DNA from: Podarcis melisellensis
Taxonomy: Eukaryota
Assembly (NCBI GenBank): GCA_964234715.1
Contig: OZ174276.1
Strand: one strand, 5' to 3'
Length of the DNA stretch: 64,000 bases
Shown here: positions 1 through 14,476 of the stretch, in pieces
Layout of the letters: each line of letters opens with the position of its first letter
Position numbering within the stretch: position 1 is the stretch's first letter
Position numbers and translations under genes: made by a program
Notes under the pieces: model-generated
Seen by the model: only the letters and a program-made list of their open reading frames with translations
Told to the model about the DNA's origin: nothing
Database searches by the model: none

Positions 1-2039
1 GAAAATGCTGACTGTTTAAACACAAAAGAGCATATTTGCAAAAGGAAGCTGAAAATTAGCTTGTCAAATATGGTAGAATATTATGGGTAAGAAGAAGAAG
101 GTAATATTGAGCAAGTTATTAAGGAAACTGCTTTCTATGGTTTCATTATTGTAATGTTCTGGAATGTTATACATTTGCTGGGGGGGGGCAGAAGGGGGGG
201 AGGGATCTTTTTATTTCTTTCATTTTCCCCTTTTTGTCTTCAATGAAAATGAAGAATAACAACCTCAGACAGTACCAGTAGAGTATGTGCATGTATATTG
301 ACCTGTTTCCTTTATGGCACTTGTGAGAAGGCTCCACTTTTATTATGCAGACACTAAGAAGACTTCAGAATTAATGTTCTGGGTATCAGAAGACATCCCA
401 CCCCACTTTCAGTTTTTAAAATACACGTCAACACTTAAGTTGGGTAGACAGCAGCACTAATCATATTAAGCACAGTCTCCAAACTCACGGGGAATGCATA
501 ATTAATTCATTGTTTTAGAGGTGCTCATTTACTGGTCAAGGGCAAGCAGTCCATGCATAGCTCCCCATATGAGTAAAGAGAAGAGAGCCAGTGTGCTGTT
601 CAGTGTGACACTGCCATTCCCTCTGCCCACTAAATCTTGTTTGTTACACCTCTACCATGAGCCAAAACCATCAAGCGGTTTCCATTAAAGTGTTTGCCAC
701 GTAGAGTGCAGTAGGGTAGTAAATGCTAATTCAGTGTCAATTAGAAAAATGCCTCTAATGGGGGGAGGGGGGTGTAGTTAAAAAGAGGCACTTCTGTTGA
801 TTCATTGCTGAGTCTCAAGCTCTCTTTCCCCCTCCCTTCTCCATTCCTCAGTACTGTGCACTGTAAGCCTCTTTCAACACTTTATGTTTATTATTTTATA
901 GCAAGTTTAGCTTGGATGCACTTTGCTCTGTCCTTTTATTTTACTTTAAATGTAATCCCAGAGTTTACCTCTGTACTTAAGCCCCTTTAAAACCCTGCTT
1001 CACAAGTGCATCGTTACATTCCGCAAGTCTTAATGGTTAAAAGGTTTAATATGAATTTAAACTTAATCCTAGCATTCGGGAAATCGGTGGTCATCTGAAT
1101 TAATCCTGTTTAGTTTTACCCCTGCATTTCGGGTGCACGCTAAAAGTGTGCTCAGAATTAAACGAATGCACATAATATCTGCTTATGTAAACATGGACTT
1201 CATTAATATGGCTGGTGAAGTTCTGGATGAAAGGCAGCTTATATCAGCTTCATCTCCGTTACTTTTAAATAGGCATATGAAAAGTATTATGTTTTGACTG
1301 TGGCTGACTCCAGTGCAGTTACTATGGGTGCAAGTCCCACAAAAGCTGGATCTCGTTGATTTCATTTGGGGACAGTTAACTCCATCTTTAAAATCAGTGT
1401 GGTTAATTTTGGAACTGGTGTGTATCCTCAGTATGAAATATACATTGTGACCTATAGGTTAGTATGTCAGAACAGGAAGACAGTTTGGGAGTAAAATTTT
1501 GTTTCTATATTTGTTATGTATAACTCAATCCCCCCCTTTAAATCTGATAAACTAGTGCAGCTTAAGTTATTGTTTGTATACAATGATTTTTCAAGACTTT
1601 TGTTTCCAACCATGAGATGTAAAAACTTCAATACACTTTCTTTCAAACCTTGAATTCCTGTTTTGAAGCAATTACAGGGAAATGAAGGCATAATAAATTG
1701 GAAAAAGAAATTGTGCATGCATATGCTGCACTAAACCTCTGGCGACCCTCAGATAAGCACATTCTGTCCATTTATTCCTCTGTCATTAAATTGACTTCAA
1801 AATTTATTCTTTTCTTAAGTCAAGGGCAGCTTTACATGTACAAGGAAAAGGCATGTGCACTTAATTGTCTAGCATTGCAGTGAATGGAGATGCTCTTGGA
1901 TGTGCAGGAGCCTAGTACATTGCAGATCTTGCCTGCGGGAAAAAAATAATTAGTTCTGAAGAAGCTACGACATTTCCATGGCGACCTTCCTATGTACATT
2001 TGCATGTATACTTACAATACTCTGTGTTTATGTAACACA

Positions 2040-2236
2040 TTCAAAGCAATGTACACCTAGATTCTCAGAAATTCTCACAGCAGTTTTATATAGTGGCCAG
2101 TATTATTATTTCCCTGTTTCAGCGGGGAGCCTGAGATGGTGGCTTGCCTAAGGCAATCAAGTGAGTGCATGGTTGAGATGAGGTTTGAATCAAGGTTTCC
2201 TTCCTTACAGCTTCTTCTTAATCATTGCACTCCCCT
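2040..2236 (-). mobile_element. CORE/MIR-like SINE
   Basis: ctcacagc...tattattatttccctgtttcag...ggcttgcctaaggc...gaggtttgaatcaagg corresponds to a reverse-strand CORE domain plus B box. Confidence 0.65.
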
Positions 2237-3396
2237 AACTTTCTCATTAACTAAGCATGCATGGATATATAATATGGTTTTCTAATGTTTTGATGGTAGC
2301 ACACAGCAGTACTGGATTGAATTAGGACATAGTTTAAGTTGTATATTCTCCCCTTGGTGTCAGTACAGTATGTGGATGATTTATATGGGAACTAACATAG
2401 ATTGCATTTTCTCCCCTCAGTTGCTATATAATGTGTTTCTCTTCCAGAGTGTCAAAATTGTGCTTTATAAAACCCACATTAAAGTTATTTTTTGTCTTCC
2501 CCATGTTTGTGTTTCATTAATTTGAATTACATTTCTAATAGAGCCTTTGCATTTTCAACGCTGTGTGAGGTTTTAAATTGGAGAAGCAAGCCGCAATTTT
2601 TTTTATAAAAGAAAAAAAGAAACACACACCATTGCCTGAATCTCTGCACTTGGATGCAAGTCAGACTGTCTTTTTTTCTTTCTTCTGTTTCTCTCTCCTT
2701 TTTTGCAGTGGATAAACTTCAAAGGCATGTTGCCAGAAGAATTTAAAGTTAGAACTTACATGGTGGTTTGTGCATAGACTGAAAAATAATTAGGCGTCTC
2801 AACAGTAACGAACCTTACATGCTATGCTGTGCAATTCACTCGCTGTGTGGTGTATTGGACCATAAGCTGAGTAATATTGTTTCTTTGCACAAAATGTAAT
2901 CTGAAACCACATCCTCATTTTTCCAGTATGTTAAATTGGAATAATGAAGATTAACTGAATATGTTAAGGTACATCACATGAAAGCACTCTGAAACAAGGA
3001 CTTGTGTTGCTGCAACTCAATGCAGCATCTTGATCCTTTCAAGCTCTGTCACACTTATACTTAAAAACCTCTTTGAATTCTGCTACCCTCTGTTGAAATA
3101 GGTACGTAGGATTGAGTTTGTTTTATTCCGGCTTTGTTTTATTATTTTACCTATCTGGGAAATTTGCTCGCCTTTCTTAAGGAAAAAGGTCTTAGCTGAA
3201 ACCATCATGAATAAACCAGGGCTAGATGAGCCTCCCTGAGAAGGGAATGCCAAGAGTGGGGTTCCATGATGGAAAAAGTTCTATCTCTGGTAACCACCCA
3301 CCTTCTGGTAGTAGTGACAGGACTTCAAGAAATACCTTGGAGAACTATCTAAAGAAATGGGTAGGTTTATATTTGAGGAGACAATCACATGCCTGT

Positions 3397-3545
3397 ATGA
3401 AACTACCTTATGCCTACTCAGACTATTGATCCATCTAGTCTCCCCCGCCCCTGCCCCATCATCATCTTCTTGGTAAATTAAAAGACTATTGCCAACTATT
3501 GAACCTGGAACTTCTTGCATGCAAAAGTGAACTGTTGGAGTTGTT
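3397..3545 (-). mobile_element. tRNA-derived squamate SINE remnant (same family)
   Basis: ccttat...ctcagactattgatccatctag and attgaacctggaacttcttgcatgcaaa match the two ends of the family. Confidence 0.55.
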
Positions 3546-4442
3546 ATGAGTGTGTTTATTTAAACTATTTACATAAAACACCAGCCATTGTGTGTCTTCA
3601 CCTCATACGAGAATGTGCACATAGCAGCGTAAGCAGTCCAATAAAAATAAGCCCCATGATGGAATTGCTTTTGAAAATTTCACACAGTTACTGGTGAATG
3701 TGTGTAGAGTCTAAATGTAGACTGTGCCTTGTGAATGGGCAATGTATGAAATACTCTATTTATGCCACCAGGCTCTGCACATTCCCTAGCATTGTTTGAC
3801 AGGGCAATATGCACAGCTCGATGAGCTGTTCATTTCTGCACATTGTTCTCCGTGTTCAGAGAAATGTCTTCAAACACTGGTGGAACACAGATCACGAAGA
3901 AGATGGCCTAGTTTCTTGTGGCTGGCGTTAACATAATGGGGTCTGCCACAGGGAAGACCTTCCACACACTGCCTCTACCTTTGTCTCAGAAGGCAGTGGC
4001 ACACACAAGAGGACCGCATCAGCTGATCTTCCAGTAGCTTGGCCCCAAAATGTTTAGGACTTGAAATGTGATTGCCAGCGCCTTGAGTTATACTCGGAAA
4101 CATACTGGCAGCTGGCGCAGCTGATAAAATAAAGGGGCCACATGATACCACCACTTGGCATGCAATGGAGACATGTGGGATATTATTGTATGGAATACAA
4201 TTGACCTCAATGCAGCAGGTGCTTCTGCACACAGGAAATAAGATGTGAACCAAGGGCCTATCAGCTCAAGACATTTTCTGTTTACTTCACTGAAGGAAGC
4301 ACCTTCATGTGTGAATCTTTGGCACATGGAGCTGTTTGTGACTAGGGAAGCTTACTCTTGTATGCTAGTTCAAAGTACACTGAAGTGCACCAGAGTTGTA
4401 GATCAGGGAAAAGAGCTTTAAATGTAAACAAGTAAGGTTGTG

Positions 4443-4444
<2 letters not shown>

Positions 4445-4474
<30 letters not shown>
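4445..4474. repeat. (GT)n microsatellite
   Basis: Read directly from the sequence. Confidence 0.95.
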
Positions 4475-4477
<3 letters not shown>

Positions 4478-7400
4478 AACGTTGCTATCAGAATTTCAGT
4501 TCTAAATTCAGAAGTCACAGAAATTCAATATCTACCCTAACTTTCTTCTTCTTTTTTGAATAGCAACTACTGTTGTTTCGCTAAATGTTCCCTTCTCACA
4601 CTTTTTATTGCTGAAAATTGAGTCGTTGCTTGCCTCTGTAGTCTTCTGCTTATATGCCAATGGGCATATAAGACTGGATTGTTGGCAAAGCTTGAAAAAT
4701 TAACTGTGTAATCATTCTGTACCTCAGAAGATTGAGATGTCTGTCTTATGTATGAGAACGTGTGCAGTTTTACAATGCATGAGTTTTCCTAGAAGCCAGC
4801 AGTGACTAGGAAATATTTTACGGTCATCCCAACTATTGAGATTAAAAGCTTTTGTCATCTAGAGTTTCAGAGCAGAGTATAAGGTTCTGTTGGAAGCCTA
4901 ACTTTGTTTTCTATGTGACCCACAGATGTTTTCATCTCCAAAAAGGGACACCATTGCTCATAAAAGGTGATTAAGGCCGTTACTGTAGAACATGTGTTGG
5001 TGCCACATATTATTGGGGAGGGATTCTGAAATCCATCAGGCTTATTGACTGGTAAAGTACTACTGAAAACAATAGCCTGCAATTTTAAGTAGTAAGAATT
5101 ATGCTGTCTTCAGTGGCAGCTCTGTAACTAATAAAAAGTTTTACTTGACTTTCATGCTCTCGATGTTCTCGTTTTGAGGTGATCCTTATGTTCTAATTTG
5201 CTGTGCACAAAGCACCCTTCTCTTTATTTAGTCTATTGTCAAATAAGAAAAACAAAACATACCTATTAAAATGAGCACACAGAGATGTTGGAAGCATTGC
5301 CTAATATCTGTGCTAGTTGCATAAAAGGGAATGGTTTGAATTGCAAAGTGATGTCTGACATTTTCAGCTGTACATGCCGAAATATTCTAAATATTTAGAG
5401 TAATTCATTTTAGTACTTAGAACTGCATATTCCTTCACATAACAAAGAAAATATATAAACCCAGCTCATACATTGTTGGTTATTCACCTCTTCTGAAATT
5501 TATCGGTTGTCCTTGTAATCTCTGTTCCAAAAATAATATGGGGAAACATTTAAGGGAGGCATTTTGTGGTGCTTTTTAAAATTCAATTAATCACTATTAA
5601 AAATCTTTTCTAAAAAAATATTGTGTTCTTTTTGGATTGATGCATCCAAAAAAGTCTTTTGGGGAAGCCAGATAATTGATTATTATTTTTAGACATGTCC
5701 TGTGATCCATTATTTTTACTTCACTCAGAAGTATGTGGCTTTCTCCAATGATACGATACTGCTTGTCACAATGGTAGCTGGAGGAATTTCTTTTTATGCA
5801 ATGCAGCAGGCTTCTGTATGGTGGCATGTTGCCTTTTTTACAGGTAGAGCAACACGACAGGTGATAGTCCTATATATCAAGTCACTTTTTCAGTTTGCTT
5901 GTTTTTATGTGTGTGTGTAACAGTAACCTTTTTAACATGGCCATATCAAGAATACATGCTTCCCTTCATAACTCTTTCATAATATAACAGTACTGCTACA
6001 AAACTGCTTTCCCAAGTTATACAGTGTTGGAAATTTTGTTGTGTTCAATATCTAAATGAGAAGCTGCCCAGGATTTCATTTTTCCAGAGTCTGACCCTGA
6101 AAAAAACTTTTAAGTGTTGGGTTGGCTGAAACCCCCGATAAAGCAAAAGTCTAGTTGTGTTAGATAGCAGTAGTATATTCTGTGATAAAGGTTTTGAGTT
6201 GGGTCGCTTAATGCAGACAAAATCTATTTAACTGCCCTGAGGCTCAGGCCAGAGTATGACCATTACTAACATACAGCCCATTTCCAAAAGTGATTTTGAA
6301 AGTGATCCTTTCCCCATTGAGTTCAGTAAGATTTTCTTCCTATGACTTCAGTTAGTTCAAATTGCAGCCTTAGGCAAGGCTGAAAATATTAAAGTGAGTA
6401 CCATATGAGAAATAAAGCCACAGAGAGAGCTTGCTCACTTATGATATGACGCCCCCCAAATATAAACACTAGTTCTACTTATGTATAATGCAAATAATAT
6501 ATTTAACAAGTAATCGTCTTTTGTGCTAATCTTTGTTAATCAGCTTAATTTAGTACAATTACAAGTTGTTTAAACTTGGGTATTTCGCTGGGAGTATGGG
6601 AAGAAGAAATTAATCCTGCAAAACAAAATATTTCCACAGTTGAAGGATGATGGTAAAACTTGTTGATAGCATTTGTCTCTGTTTTTGTAAATGTAGGCAT
6701 TATTATGATGCGTTCTGTGACTCTTACATTCCAAGATATTTCGATAATTCTCTTGAAAAACAAAGCAATAGCAATTACAGCAGCAGTTCACTGTATTTCA
6801 GCAGTTTATTTCAGCAGTTTATTTACTAAATTCCCTTTCTTTTTTCAGACTATTCTACATTACTTCAATCTCATTTTAACATGTGATGTTACTAGTTAAA
6901 GGCAAGCACTGCTGCAGTTTTCTTGTTGAGAGCCATATTCAAAAGCAATTCTAAATCATTTTATTTAATGCTCTGCATTATTTAGAACCTCTCCTATTGA
7001 ATTTAATAGCAAAATTTGTGTTTTAAACCAGACATCTGTTGAAATGTAACAAAACAATAATAACAGATTGATACATGTTTGGGGTTATTGTTTTTTGGGA
7101 GGGGTTTTTTTCTTTTATTTTTTGAACCTATAGGGTCTATTTTTGTGTTTTTATATTATATGTAATCCTCTGATGAGAGTGGTATAGAAATTTTTAATAA
7201 TAAAATTGTTTAAGCTCCAGTGATTATAATACAGTCTTTTATGTATTTGTTGGAGGTTTATTTGTTAAACACATCTGATCACTCTGATTAGGTAGTTTAT
7301 GAAGATCCTGTGTAATATCTTAGTTGTTGAAAATCTATCGTTGCTTGTGAAAAGCAACGTCATTAATGTTCCTGAATTTTCTTTCAATAGCTCTTTAAAT

Positions 7401-10271
7401 AATATTGGTTTTAAAATCTTGTCCAAAGTAAGCAGAACAGATTGATACATTTCTGATTTATCTTGGTACCAGTGTTCCAACTTTTACAACATTGTAATAT
7501 ATTTCATTGCGCCAAATCGTAGCTTCTGTGTTTGAATATTTGACCCCCCGGTTTAACAGGAATCACTAAGGTAACGTCTTCTCCTCCTCCTCCTTCCTTG
7601 CCTGCCTTTCACCGTAAAGTCCAGGGGCGGATTACCACATTAAAAACACCATTAAAAACAATTTGAAGCAACTGAATTCTTATGAATTACATCTATTAGA
7701 CTTTAAGGCCAATGAGCAAAATGTCTAAGGGATCACCTATGTTGGCTGTACATTCTAATGTTGGTTGACTGATAAAAATTGTCCACTTTTGTTTGTTTTG
7801 GAAAAAAATATATCCCTTGGAACTATATCTCTTTAAGTATAAAACATTACTTCTTTAGCCAGGTTTATAATAATTCAATAAGCCACTAATATTTCAAGAG
7901 AAGAGTAGTTGTACTGTACTATTTATGGAGTGTGTGATATACCCCACCCTAGAATCACTTGATTTGTTGAAAGTGGAGAAAATAAATAAGCAAATCCTTG
8001 TTTCATGCAATTAGGAAATAAGTGCTCTTAAAATGAGATACATTTAGCCTATGTATGCAGTTTGTAAAATTAGTGGAATTGAATAAATTAACACAAAATG
8101 TTACTAATTGAACAATATATCAGTCAAAAATAGAAATGCAGCAAAATAAATTATTTTTATTACTAAAACAAAAGAATCTATTTTCTAAGGGGCATTTAAA
8201 AACTTTGGGTGAATGTCTACAGAATTAATTATTTTCTCCCACTTTCTTTTTTCCTGGTATGATATTCACTGATTAATGGCATAACCCTGTTAAAAACCAA
8301 TTACAATATATGAAGGACCCCTCTTCAATCATAACCCCCAAACTAGAATTTTGACCTAGTATTCAGGTGCACTATCTCCTTAGCAGCATTTCTGGAGTTG
8401 CATCTGTGATTTGAGATATATGTGTAGTCTTGTTAGAGAGAAATTATCTGGTTCCTGTGAGTAATCTGGTTAAATCAATGCATATATTGCTTTTCAAATT
8501 GAAGCCATTGCTTTAAGTCTAGGCTTCATTAATCAAGAAACTGAAAACAATAGAACACTTTACTCCCCTATCTATGGAACTTTTCCCCAGTACGAGATTT
8601 GACTGCCCCACATTTTATATTTATTAAGCAAATAGCTGAAGACCTACCAATTTTTGCCCTTTGGATCATAGCAGGAGTGGCACAACTTGTTCAACTGTAT
8701 TGCTCAATTTTCATAAATTGTATTTTATAGTAAATAGTGTTTTAAGTATATTTTTAACGAAGTATTTTATAAATGTTAGTTGCTCTCAACTGTGTATGAG
8801 GAACTGTAGTGTACAATATATTTCCCATGTCACATTTTGAAATATTAGATTGCCTATTAATAGATAATAATAGGTGTTGCCATACTGTTCAAGGGCTTGA
8901 GTTCTTCCTTATATTTACAAGTCCAATAAATTAATAAAGATTTGAGTTTTTCAAAGTGAAACTAATTTACTGTCTGCAAGATTGTGTTAGTGTATCTGTT
9001 ACCAGCTTTGAAACAAGCCCAAGATCTTTAGCTCATTTAAGATCCTTACTTGTTCCGAAGTTGTAACCATAGAGTGGCATTTATTTGAATTGGTTTGCTC
9101 ATTATGGGCAAAGTAGGAAACTATGGTAAATTTTAGAATTTCTGGATTAATTTCAGTTTTCACAAAGGAAGGGACAAAGAGAATACCTGTTTGCAGAAGA
9201 GTTTGTTAAATAAGCAAAAAAATGATCATCCAAACTGAGCCAGTACATCAGGCTCCTTACTTGATTCTGTTGTTAGCAATCCATTTCAGGACCATTTCAT
9301 TGTTTTCTTTTATTGGTTAGTTATTCTCAGGGCTTTTTTCCCCCAGCCAGAACTTGGTTCCGGCACCTCTCAAATGGGCACATTGCCACTATAAGACAAG
9401 AAGGTGAGTTCTGGCACCTTTTTTCTAGAAAAATAGTACTGGTTATTTGAAACAAGGTATTAGAAGTATAATTCTCAGCAAACATGTAGGGTTCCCCGCC
9501 CCCTCTTATTGCAGCAATATTTCTTCTCTCAGTATATTCAAGGAAACCAACATTATTTCCTCCTTCACTTTCCTTTCCCCTAAACATCTGATAACCGTTT
9601 GTTTTTAATCATCCTTACAGTGTACCCTCTAACCCACAGCACTTTCATTGTGTATTGGGGGAGAGGGCTGTGCCGGAGGGGATTTGGTTTACACTATATA
9701 CTCCCAATTTATCCTAAAATCTTTTTAATGTTTCCTGTGGCAGTCCCCCTCCCCCCTGTTTCCACATGCATATACAGGAAGCTGAGAAACACTGCAAAAA
9801 GTCTCTGGAAATTTCAGGGAAATCTTTGATTACAAGTAGGTGTAAAATTCCACGGACCTGCTGTGTTCTTATGTGACTTTTGGAATTTGCCAGATATTTT
9901 CTGAAGAATACACATCAGAGTACATGCTTGGAATTTAAAGAAGAAACCTGGTAACTACTAGTTCTTTTGGAGCTGTTCACAAGTTATCCAGTTGTATGTT
10001 TGCTGTTGGGAAGTGGAATTGTGGTTATAATGCAAGCTGGCAAGCTATGTCTGTGTACTAAAATCTCAAGTAATTTTAGCAATTTTAATATGCCACGGTC
10101 CCCACTCTACTCCAGTGTCCAGTTTTTAAGAAGGCCATTGGTCATTTCTTCCATTGTACTCCATTGTGTTGCTTTAAGTCATTGTACATAATTAAATTAA
10201 CTTATTTCTTCTTCCATCCCATCTTCCATCTTTTTCCCTTGTAAATTTTGTATTGTTTATGAGCCTGTTCA

Positions 10272-10632
10272 GGGACACAGGTGGTGCTGTGGGTTAAAGC
10301 CTCAGCGCCTAGGACTTGCCGATCGAAAGGTCGGCGGTTCGAATCCCTGCTGCGGGGTGCGCTCCCGCTGCTCGGTCCCAGCGCCTGCCAACCTAGCAGT
10401 TCGAAAGCACCTCCGGGTGCAAGTAGATAAATAGGGACCGCTTACCAGCGGGAAGGTAAACGGCGTTTCCGTGTGCAGCTCTGGCTCGCCAGAGCAGCGA
10501 TGTCACGCTGGCCATGTGACCCGGAAGTGTCTCCGGACAGCGCTGGCCCCTGGCCTCTTAAGTGAGATGGGCGCACAACCCCAGAGTCTGTCAAGACTGG
10601 CCCGTACGGGCAGGGGTACCTTTACCTTTACC
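10272..10632 (+). mobile_element. Sauria SINE, full length, with 15-16 bp TSD
   Basis: tRNA-derived head (gggacacaggtggtgctgtgg; B box ggttcgaatccc), the conserved gcagttcgaaagcac...gtgcaagtagataaatagg core and an (ACCTTT)n tail. TSD ttatgagcctgttca at 10257-10271 and 10633-10647. CpGs are retained, so the copy is young. Confidence 0.95.
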
Positions 10633-12177
10633 TTATGAGCCTGTTCAGTATCTAGTAGAAATCTTTGGTGTAGATGTTCCTTTCTGAGGCTTATGTCCAT
10701 AGGATATAATGCAAACATAGACAAACAGTCTCACACTGAGGAAAATAGATTTTTGGCAGTTGCCAAAACCATATCCTGTCCTGTACAGCATGTAAACTAA
10801 ACATACATGTTTGGGAAGGGGGACAATGTCTAAGAATTTATGGAGATGGGGGATAGATTTTCACTTCTTCCCAAATGCTTTGTGTTTTTTTAAAGAACAA
10901 AATGTCGTTCAAATAGACATGTGGAACACTTACAGATAGGTTAATAAATATCTGATATTAACTGTGGGCAGTATTCAGCAAAATAGTTGTGCACATGCAA
11001 GGATACACATTAGTGCAACTAATGCAACTAGTTGATGAATAAACCTTTTGTTTGAGCTTACAGCATTTAAACATTTGCTATTTGGACCCGAAAGAAGAAA
11101 AACATTCTGCATGTGATCTAAACATTTTACACTTTATATGTTGCTCATCATGTTTGTGTCTTTATGCTAAGTGATAATTTGGAATATTAGTTAATTTATT
11201 ATAGCTATTCTTCCGTCACAAGCCCTGGGATGTGTGTATGAATCTATTAAGAACACCTGATGAATGATAAAGCCTCTTGAGATATTGCTAAATATAGAAT
11301 ACTCCAGCCATCATATGTTTTTGCAAAAGATGTGTAGGGAAAGGAGAGTGCACAAAGCAAAGAGTTTTTAAATTGTTCAGAGGCTCTTTCCATGGCCCCA
11401 CATATGTTCATCTAAAATGTGAGCTAACAGGATTTCCCTATGTTGTCTTCATTTGATATGGACATAGAGTGGCAGACAGGGGATTGATGATGATCTCAGC
11501 AGTTGGCATGATTAGAGACAAATGGTAGAGACCACAGGTACAGCTGTTGAAAGCTGTCAGAATCTTGCCTTTTTCCTGCTTAGATGATCTTCCTAGATTG
11601 TCTTCCTTCATAGCTGGAGACCTTTCAGAGTCATGTGAGTTTTTTTCTCTGGAAGCATGACCAAGATTTTGAACTTTTCTGCTTTGCATGCAAGCATCTG
11701 CGCTTTTATTCCTTCAACACCCTGAATCTTTGTTCACTCCATGTTGCTAACACTTATCCAACTTTTCTAGGCTTGGTTTCCCAGTTGTTTCCCTTGTGGG
11801 TTTCTGTGGCATTTCTGTTGCTTGCAAAATATCTTAGTAAATAGCATCCCTGTCTTTTCTTCCAAAACATGCTTCTCACCTATCATATAGTGTGTTATTG
11901 TGTTTGTTTGTTTGTTTGTTTGCGTGTGTACAAAGTTAAGTAGTACTCCAGCAGTTAAGTCTCATCTCATGTGCTGTGAGAACTTCTGACTTGGTTTGTA
12001 AACTCCTAGACAAACAGTGCCATGAAGAACTACAGTAAAAAATATTAGAGGCTATTTAGATGTGGGAATATGTGCATCATATAGCCTGTACTCTTGGTAC
12101 TCTTCCCTGCAACATTTCAACAAGGAACAGTTAAGTTTAATACATTTTCTATTCATTTCAATACTGGGGAAAGATGG

Positions 12178-12220
12178 GGCAGAGAGATACCCTGGCACAA
12201 ATATCTGACACCACAAGTGA
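12178..12220 (+). repeat. Left arm of 43-bp long-range inverted repeat
   Basis: ggcagagagataccctggcacaaatatctgacaccacaagtga is 40/43 identical to the reverse complement of 16910-16952. Confidence 0.92.
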
Positions 12221-12349
12221 ATAAAACACTTCTTGCTCACAGTGCACAGGAACTCTGTGGAGTTCTCAATCACTGTGGTTATACATTATCCCAAAAGCTC
12301 ACAAACTAAAACAAAGAATACAAGAAAATCAAGGAAGATTGAATGTAAG

Positions 12350-12445
12350 ATGATGTTGGAATACAAGTTCTATCATCCCTGGCCATTGGCCATGCTGGCT
12401 GTGGCTGATGGAAGTTGGAGTCTGAACATCTGGATGGCCAGCCAA
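12350..12445. mobile_element. Short hairpin-type MITE remnant (hAT-like, common in squamates)
   Basis: gatgttggaatacaagttctatca ... tgatggaagttggagtctgaacatc form imperfect inverted arms around ccctggccattggccatgctggc. Confidence 0.6.
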
Positions 12446-12666
12446 CACCACTATAGAGGCATTTTCCACCTAGCAACACAGTTATTATGACGCCTTGCAC
12501 TAATGGATTTATTGACCCTGTTTATTTGAATCCCATGTGCTTTCTGAGTATATTCTGTTCTTGAAAAAATCATAGAATATTTGAATTTAGCTAGGCTTGC
12601 CAATCTGATGCCACCAGAATAGAGTGGATGAGATCTGTATCAGTAAGCAACCTTCTTCCTATTGTT

Positions 12667-12831
12667 AGGAACATAGGAAGCTGTCTTGTGCTGAATCAGA
12701 CCATTGGAACATCTGTCTGGTAGCAGCTCTGCAGGGCTTCAGATGGATCTCTCCTAGCCCTACCTAGACATGCCTGAATGAACCTGGGACTTTCTGCATG
12801 CAAAGCCTGAGTTCCACTTCTGAACCATGAC
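12667..12831 (-). mobile_element. tRNA-derived squamate SINE (same family), degraded
   Basis: aggaacataggaagctg...cagaccattgg...tgaacctgggactttctgcatgcaaagc is the reverse complement of the family seen at 39847. Confidence 0.75.
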
Positions 12832-14476
12832 ATATGTTCTTTGTCATTTCCGTTAGAGGATATATAAGTATAAATATATTGGAAACACTACATGCATCAG
12901 ACAAAACAAAAATAGAAACTTGATTCCTTAAAGGCTTTTTCTCTTGCTGCCTTTTCTTAATTATACCCTACATTTACTGTGCGAGGTTTCCACATAACTT
13001 TGTCCTGAATATTTATGCTTTTATCCTGCAAGTGTTATGCAAATCTTTGGTCCTAGGTTTCCAATTGGACGGTGTAGGTTCATAAATGTTGTTATAAATG
13101 CAACTCTCTCCCCCCCCCCCGTCTGTGTGTGTTTGTGTATGAGAGAGGGAGAGGGAGAGAGAACAGCCTAAAGTCTACATACTCGAGCTACAATGTGTGG
13201 TGTTCAGTTCACATATGTTTGAGGTGCACAGGAAATTGAAATATACAAAAGTTCAAACTCCTGCAATGCTACTTCTCATAACCAATTCCCCTATCACACT
13301 AAATTCCCATAAAGCACATGCCAGTTGCCTCTCTTGCCTTCTCTGGAGGTAGGCGAGCATTTCTAATATAGTGTTTTCCTTTCCTCTGTGCCACAAAGTG
13401 GTAATATATTTGTTGATGACAAAACCAACAGGTGCCAGGGCTGTTGGGTACTGACGCTATTTGGCTCAATGCCTACAGTCGCACAGTGGATATATTGTAT
13501 GTCTGTAGGTTTTTGTGTCGTTCTATGTCCTTTTGAGGGATGGGATAACCCAGTTGAAATACATACTTAAACTCCTGAGGGATTAGATGTGTTTCCTTTG
13601 CTTTACAGTTAAGAATTTTACAGTTTCTTTGTTTGCAGGTTCTCAGATTGCTTAATGATTCCTCACTCCCCCACCCCTTTTGCCCAGGTGTGTATAATAG
13701 CTGTATTTGAACCTTTCTAGGTTTGCCAGTTTTATTACTCAACATATGGTATATCCCTTTATTTCTGTCTGCTATGTCATTCCTTTGCTTTAGGGGCCCT
13801 GTTATATGCTGGGAGTTTTGCTTTAACAATTGGATTTCTAGAATCGGACATGATTCAAGCTGGGAAAGACTGAGATTTGTTTTAGGCATCAAGATACGTT
13901 AATGAAGGTTATTTACAGGTCGTTGTCTTTTTTCCTCCCACCTTCATGATGATTGTAATATGGCTTCCCTAGTTGTGAAGATAAGAACCTTTTGGCTTCT
14001 GCTACAATTTTCATAAATGTGACTTATGGTACATTCATATGGCCATTATTGATGCAATGGCAATCTCCTTTAGCATGCCTAAGACACCGCTCTCTGTGGG
14101 AGTCAGCCTGCTCTCAACATCAGCTATGGCTGTTACCACTTCAGTACCTGTGTTGAATTTGGGGCTTACGTTGCAGGCAGTTCCCCTGACACAAGGCATC
14201 TTCTTGACCTGGCTTGATCATCATGAATTTCTAAGGCTACACAGTCTTCTTCCTTGAAGCTTTATCCAGCAGCAGTTGATGGCTTTGGAACTCTATTACA
14301 CAGTACCAGCTGTAGGCACCAGGGAAGCAGCTCCTACTGTTATAGCTTTAATAATAATAATAAAATCTAGCAATCAACTGAACTCGGAACCCAGGGCGTG
14401 TTTCCAGCTAGTAAACACTATAGCCTCCAATGGATAGCAGTGTTTCAACTATGCTAGTCATCACCATTACCTCAAT

